DNA from: Mobula hypostoma
Lineage: Eukaryota
Direction: 5' to 3'
Length of the DNA: 64,000 bases
Assembly (NCBI RefSeq): GCF_963921235.1
Contig: NC_086097.1
Span: 126,296,001-126,360,000, forward strand
This document shows, in pieces, positions 62,401 to 64,000 of the stretch. The position numbers and the translations under genes were made by a program. The notes beneath the pieces were generated by a model. The model saw only the letters and a list, made by a program, of their open reading frames with translations, did no database searches and had not been told where the DNA came from. Numbering within the stretch: the first letter of the stretch is position 1; the number at the start of each line of letters is the position of its first letter.

Positions 62401-63877
62401 CATCATTGGAAACTTGAGTCATGTAGTAAAATTTCAACAATTTGCTTGTGGGGCCAGGAACATTGGAAATGCTCCTCCAATTTCCACAATAACATCCTGG
62501 GATGCTGCTATATTGGTTTACTTCCTCTCCTCAGAATGTCCTCCTTCCCTCTAGACTTGCCTCAGTGGTATGCCCTAGGAAACAATCTGATTATCTGTTT
62601 GCATCCTACAAACCACGTGATATTGTAGTCATGCACTAATAATGGCTGGGCCTCCTGTAAGGGTGTTCAAGCAATCACCCACGCAAAATGCTGTGCTGTA
62701 TTTCTTCTTAAGGAGAGTCATACTAAAGCTTTGATTTAAGCCAGTACTGTTTGGATTTTAATTAAGGAGCTACCACAAAAGGATCAATTTCTCTAATGTT
62801 TATTTACTAGTGGGGGTAATGCACATTTTTATGTGCGTTGCTTAAGAATAAAGCCAACAGTTCTAATACTGAGACATGACTTGTTGCTCTTTGGGACAAA
62901 ATTAATTTATATCTTTGTCATTCTGCTCTTACTTTTAGAGCAAGAAAAAGACAGAAAACAAGCGGTAAGCATTTGGCAAAGAAATGGTAGATAAATTGCA
63001 TTCAGGTCAAGGATTCAGTAATTTACAATATTATTGATATTAACCTACTGTAAATGCAACAGAACTTCCCCTTCATTTGCTGTTGCTGGCTATCTCCCCT
63101 CTATCTTTCAATCCAGATGAGGAGTCTCAACCCGAAATGTCTATTTCTTTCTACAGATGCTATCTAACTCATTGAGTTCCTCCAGCTGTTTATTTTTTGA
63201 TTGAGGTTCCAATTTCTGCTGTCTCTTTGAAACTGAACTGGTCATTCCTATCCATAATTCAGTGTAACTACTTGTTTGCATTCTTCTAAATTTTAACTCT
63301 GTTTTATAGTTGTGGAGAAATATTCTTTAATCTTAAAAATGTAAATCATTGCAACACAAAAACTGTACTTTATTTTATGTTAATTGCATTTCAATGTACA
63401 ATTTAGGCAAGCAAATTTTGTCCCAGAAAAGCTGTGAAGAAATCTTCTCTACCATTATAAAGCCTCTCCCCCAACTCTCAACCTATATACCCCCATAATA
63501 AGTAGCAGTAGTCCTACACCTCTGAGTTTCTTGTTTCTATGCTCTGATGAACTCAGAGCAGCTTAGGCTGAAAATTATTGACATCACATTTAATATATTA
63601 AAGATGTGAATAAGAAGAATGCAATTCACAAAAGAAACTAGTGCAAAACTGTCACATACTACTTAAGGCCAACAACCACAAAGGTCTGAGGACTGGGACT
63701 CAGTAGGTCTTGGTAAGGAGGATGGATAAAGTGTGACCTCTAATTAAATTGTTTTTAAAAATATTGCTTTTTTGTTTCTTATTAGATTGACCTGATAGTG
63801 AAGCATCAGATATTTAATGTCTTAAAACACCCTGTTATTCAGCATTTCATTGACTTGAAATGGAAAAGATATGGATT
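2344..63877 (+). CDS. Multi-exon ankyrin-repeat TRP channel-like gene, 5' part (exons 2344-2352, 6605-6692, 16552-16727, 18997-19083, 31020-31170, 47203-47364, 56363-56472, 62137-62230, 62939-62964, 63786-63877); continues beyond the window
   Basis: Manual splicing with AG/GT boundaries gives end phases 0,1,0,0,1,1,0,1,0,2, all compatible, and 995 nt without a stop: MAEKKSGAK...[39 protein letters not shown]...[11 protein letters not shown]...[11 protein letters not shown]...FYLKYLEP...[16 protein letters not shown]. Confidence 0.85.
2860..5830 (-). mobile_element. CR1-clade LINE copies: a short 3' tail fragment plus an internally deleted copy with ORF1, endonuclease and RT-end remnants
   Basis: ORF1 esterase (5220..5641), endonuclease start YDIVGITES (4792..5040), RT end (3635..3826), cataagacatagg tail near 3165. 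Confidence 0.85.
4367..4667. mobile_element. Penelope-like (PLE) terminal-repeat-derived palindromic insertion
   Basis: 131-bp inverted arms (4405-4535 and 4537-4667), 13-bp TSD gtgtttttaacca (4354-4366 and 4668-4680), hammerhead-like core. Confidence 0.8.
6605..6692 (+). CDS. TRP-like gene exon 2 ([29 protein letters not shown])
   Basis: Pyrimidine tract with ttttag acceptor and gtaggt donor. The 88 nt are open and end in phase 1, matching the exon at 16552. Confidence 0.6.
6742..7040 (-). mobile_element. Rex1/Babar-type LINE 3' fragment
   Basis: (aattg)n tail; same family as 41340-42672 and 44060-44581. Confidence 0.75.
7170..8030 (-). mobile_element. Degenerate RTE-type LINE 3' fragment
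   Basis: Minus strand carries frameshifted remnants of ...KRFK..LKASL..., typical of the RTE ORF C-terminus. Confidence 0.5.
8104..10020 (-). mobile_element. CR1-clade LINE, 5'-truncated, RT domain
   Basis: [32 protein letters not shown] and LQRDIDRL motifs; gaacataagaacataag tail. Confidence 0.92.
10110..10756 (+). mobile_element. Rex1/Babar-type LINE 3' fragment
   Basis: Similar to 27550-28387; aataaactagattctgattctg tail. Confidence 0.7.
10958..11499. mobile_element. Non-autonomous Tc1-like element (MITE)
   Basis: TA flanks; TIRs cactcagtggctactttattaggta and tacctaatgaagtggctacatgagtg. Confidence 0.8.
12352..15800 (-). mobile_element. Full-length decayed hAT DNA transposon (ZMYM1-like transposase)
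   Basis: Perfect 8-bp TSD cctcattc (12344-12351 and 15801-15808), CAG...CTG ends, ggtgct subterminal repeats. Broken ORF 15341..12963 has a TTF-type zinc finger ([13 protein letters not shown]), [28 protein letters not shown] and a hAT dimerisation motif ([15 protein letters not shown]). Confidence 0.93.
16552..16727 (+). CDS. TRP-like gene exon 3 (DSRHPSLAF...SKSNRPELT)
   Basis: T-rich acceptor ending gacag and gtatga donor. Lies within ORF 16488..16733; phase 1 to 0. Confidence 0.75.
17785..17897 (-). mobile_element. Short 5'-truncated non-LTR retroelement tail
   Basis: 12-bp TSD tttgtacaaata (17773-17784 and 17898-17909); (tga)n tail. A related end with (cta)n occurs near 29515-29570. 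Confidence 0.6.
18997..19083 (+). CDS. TRP-like gene exon 4 ([29 protein letters not shown]), ankyrin
   Basis: ttttag acceptor, gtattt donor, ankyrin consensus. Confidence 0.9.
19206..19643 (+). mobile_element. LTR-like segment
   Basis: Begins tgtag and ends ctaca (5-bp inverted termini). Starts exactly where the CR1 sequence is interrupted. Confidence 0.5.
19770..19920 (-). mobile_element. Inverted Gypsy RT fragment
   Basis: [26 protein letters not shown] on the minus strand. Confidence 0.8.
19924..22605 (+). mobile_element. Gypsy LTR retrotransposon A: 5' LTR, PBS, gag and protease
   Basis: LTR ends ...cacaaca at 20126; PBS-like tggcgacaagg at 20130-20140. gag starts at ~20516 ([25 protein letters not shown] knuckle); protease [12 protein letters not shown]...LLGYEWL. 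Confidence 0.9.
20646..21551 (-). mobile_element. Non-autonomous PIF/Harbinger transposon inserted in gag
   Basis: TTA TSD (20643-45 and 21552-54); TIRs ggctacgtcttcacta and tagtgtggacgtagcc. Removing it restores gag [11 protein letters not shown]. Contains a Myb/SANT-like remnant (FFV*TDNEVEL) on the minus strand. Confidence 0.88.
22620..23000 (+). pseudogene. SUDS3: Intronless 5' retrocopy of SUDS3 (Sin3-HDAC subunit)
   Basis: MSAALL...SDEDTE..ETD...[53 protein letters not shown]; one stop and two inferred 1-nt deletions. Confidence 0.92.
23065..23725 (+). pseudogene. YBX1: Intronless 5' retrocopy of a Y-box cold-shock gene (YBX1-like)
   Basis: MSEAETEQQ...[40 protein letters not shown]...[12 protein letters not shown]...[12 protein letters not shown]...YSN; stop at 23470-72. 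YBX3 is not fully excluded. Confidence 0.88.
23860..27462 (+). mobile_element. Gypsy element B: gag end, protease, decayed RT, deleted integrase, 3' LTR-like end
   Basis: [31 protein letters not shown] and [20 protein letters not shown] motifs. Ends ...caaaacttaaca, where the CR1 sequence resumes. Confidence 0.85.
25548..27137 (+). mobile_element. Full-length Tc1 transposon (DD34E)
   Basis: TA flanks and ~200-bp TIRs with internal aaaagttggga direct repeats. Transposase from 25898 has [18 protein letters not shown] and [11 protein letters not shown]; 34 residues between D and E. Confidence 0.95.
27550..28387 (+). mobile_element. Rex1/Babar-type LINE 3' fragment
   Basis: [11 protein letters not shown]...ESILTGCI motifs; aataaacctgattctga tail. 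Confidence 0.85.
31020..31170 (+). CDS. TRP-like gene exon 5 ([50 protein letters not shown]), ankyrin
   Basis: Long pyrimidine tract acceptor, gtaagt donor, GRTPLH ankyrin motif. Not in the supplied ORF track. Confidence 0.92.
31310..31485 (-). mobile_element. Rex1/Babar-type LINE 3' UTR fragment
   Basis: Near-copy of 6742-6915 with (aattg)n tail. Confidence 0.75.
31677..34310 (-). mobile_element. Rex1/Babar LINE, long decayed copy (endonuclease and RT)
   Basis: [55 protein letters not shown] and [10 protein letters not shown] motifs; (aatcag)n tail. Confidence 0.93.
34539..34934 (+). mobile_element. Penelope-like element 3' fragment
   Basis: TSD agtttatttga (34528-38 and 34935-45); pyrimidine-rich UTR followed by the same terminal repeat as the hairpins. 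Confidence 0.7.
35393..35598. mobile_element. Penelope-derived inverted-repeat insertion
   Basis: 13-bp TSD taaacctgattct (35380-92 and 35599-611); ctgatga...gaaa core at 35466-35489. Confidence 0.75.
37518..38265 (-). mobile_element. Solo LTR
   Basis: TG...CA ends, 4-bp TSD caag on both sides, 748 bp, AATAAA on the minus strand near 37600. Confidence 0.8.
38525..39318 (+). mobile_element. Rex1/Babar-type LINE 3' fragment
   Basis: ERVSNFKFL and HALFLLLPS motifs; (ttgaac)n tail. Confidence 0.8.
41340..42672 (-). mobile_element. Rex1/Babar LINE nested in the Gypsy element
   Basis: [13 protein letters not shown] and [10 protein letters not shown] motifs; (aattg)n tail. Confidence 0.85.
44060..44581 (+). 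mobile_element. Rex1/Babar LINE 3' fragment nested in the Gypsy integrase
   Basis: Inverted relative of 41340-41850; (aattc)n tail. Confidence 0.85.
45750..47150 (-). mobile_element. Highly degenerate CR1-clade LINE
   Basis: Residual similarity to 8104-10020 (ccttctggaaatctaag = LDFQK on the minus strand). Confidence 0.6.
47203..47364 (+). CDS. TRP-like gene exon 6 ([22 protein letters not shown]...[10 protein letters not shown]), ankyrin
   Basis: ctctag acceptor, gtaaat donor, two TP(F/L) ankyrin motifs; phase 1 to 1. Confidence 0.92.
48575..49938 (+). mobile_element. HERO-clade (restriction-like endonuclease) non-LTR retrotransposon, 5'-truncated
   Basis: [33 protein letters not shown] knuckle, [28 protein letters not shown] motifs; (ttcaa)n tail. 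Confidence 0.85.
50120..50535 (-). mobile_element. Non-LTR retroelement 3' UTR fragment, family unresolved
   Basis: (ttaga)n tail followed by ttttattg (AATAAA on the minus strand) and a CpG-retaining body. Confidence 0.45.
51080..52260 (+). mobile_element. Highly degenerate CR1-clade LINE
   Basis: Remnants Y.DFQAFSK, WIASWL and GQMNFN. Confidence 0.6.
52521..52719. mobile_element. Penelope-derived palindromic insertion
   Basis: 72-bp inverted arms (52552-52623 and 52648-52719), 13-bp TSD atcaaaatattca (52508-20 and 52720-32); same subfamily as 4367-4667. Confidence 0.8.
52905..53435 (+). mobile_element. CR1-clade LINE RT fragment
   Basis: VDVVYL, QGSVLG and MHFGRKN remnants. Confidence 0.7.
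53805..54820 (-). mobile_element. CR1-clade LINE 3' fragment
   Basis: catgagaccacaagatagagg tail; [12 protein letters not shown] on the minus strand. Confidence 0.8.
55271..55885. mobile_element. Mariner-derived non-autonomous element with reiterated termini
   Basis: TA flanks; TIR ...gtgattgataagttcgtggcctaaggtagaaggag; transposase C-terminus [13 protein letters not shown]. Confidence 0.82.
56363..56472 (+). CDS. TRP-like gene exon 7 ([37 protein letters not shown])
   Basis: ttttaag acceptor and gtaaaa donor. Completes an ankyrin repeat; phase 1 to 0. Confidence 0.88.
57445..59095 (-). mobile_element. CR1-clade (HER1-like) LINE, 5'-truncated
   Basis: [39 protein letters not shown] and QRRFTRMLP motifs; (aacatag)n tail. 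Confidence 0.9.
59135..59272. repeat. Penelope terminal-repeat fragment with inverted ends
   Basis: aatctgcagatgctggaaatcc...aaatgctgg paired with ccagcattttgtgtgttg. Confidence 0.65.
60295..60545 (-). mobile_element. tRNA-derived V-domain SINE (HE1-like)
   Basis: Minus strand starts ggtagcatagtggttagca (A box), has a V-domain-like tctgggtgctcc core and a (taaa)n tail. Confidence 0.7.
62137..62230 (+). CDS. TRP-like gene exon 8 ([31 protein letters not shown])
   Basis: Pyrimidine tract with aag acceptor and gtggga donor. Resembles the TRP linker between ankyrins and pre-S1. Confidence 0.82.
62939..62964 (+). CDS. TRP-like gene 26-nt micro-exon 9 (EQEKDRKQA)
   Basis: ctcttacttttag acceptor and gtaagc donor. 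Needed to convert phase 1 to phase 0. Confidence 0.65.
63786..63877 (+). CDS. TRP-like gene exon 10 ([30 protein letters not shown]), pre-S1 helix
   Basis: ttcttattag acceptor and gtaagt donor. The HPV...LKWKRYG motif is typical of the TRPA/TRPV pre-S1 region. Confidence 0.88.
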
Positions 63878-64000
63878 GTAAGTAGATACTATGTTATCTT
63901 TCATCATTGCCTTATTGAGATTTTCTGTTTTTCTTACAAGCCTGCAATAGTTATGCCTGTTCAATGATTTTTTTTAAGGGTAGAGCTAGTTTAGAGAGCT

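Noticed and set aside
63407..63500. Possible extra exon after atttag
   Set aside because: The two frames compatible with the upstream exons hit stops without a good donor. The gene model is already in frame without it.

Overview
This is vertebrate genomic DNA. The repeat content (CR1/HER1-type LINEs, a V-domain tRNA SINE, Rex1/Babar LINEs, Penelope repeats) points to a cartilaginous fish, probably a ray; that assignment is inference. One + strand protein-coding gene spans the window and runs off its end. Ten exons (2344-63877) join with GT-AG boundaries and consistent phases into 331 codons: a short N-terminus, about 4 complete plus 2 partial ankyrin repeats, and a TRPA/TRPV-type pre-S1 motif ([16 protein letters not shown]). 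This suggests a non-canonical TRP channel whose transmembrane exons lie downstream. The introns are filled with nested transposons: CR1, Rex1/Babar, RTE, HERO, Penelope-derived hairpins with hammerhead-like cores, hAT, Tc1, mariner and Harbinger elements, and Gypsy elements and LTRs. The most striking structure is in intron 4. A Gypsy element has captured the intronless 5' parts of two host mRNAs (SUDS3 and a YBX1-like cold-shock gene), and both junctions are in frame with the retroelement protease, giving a now-decayed PR-SUDS3-YBX1 fusion. All family names come from motif recognition; no database searches were run.
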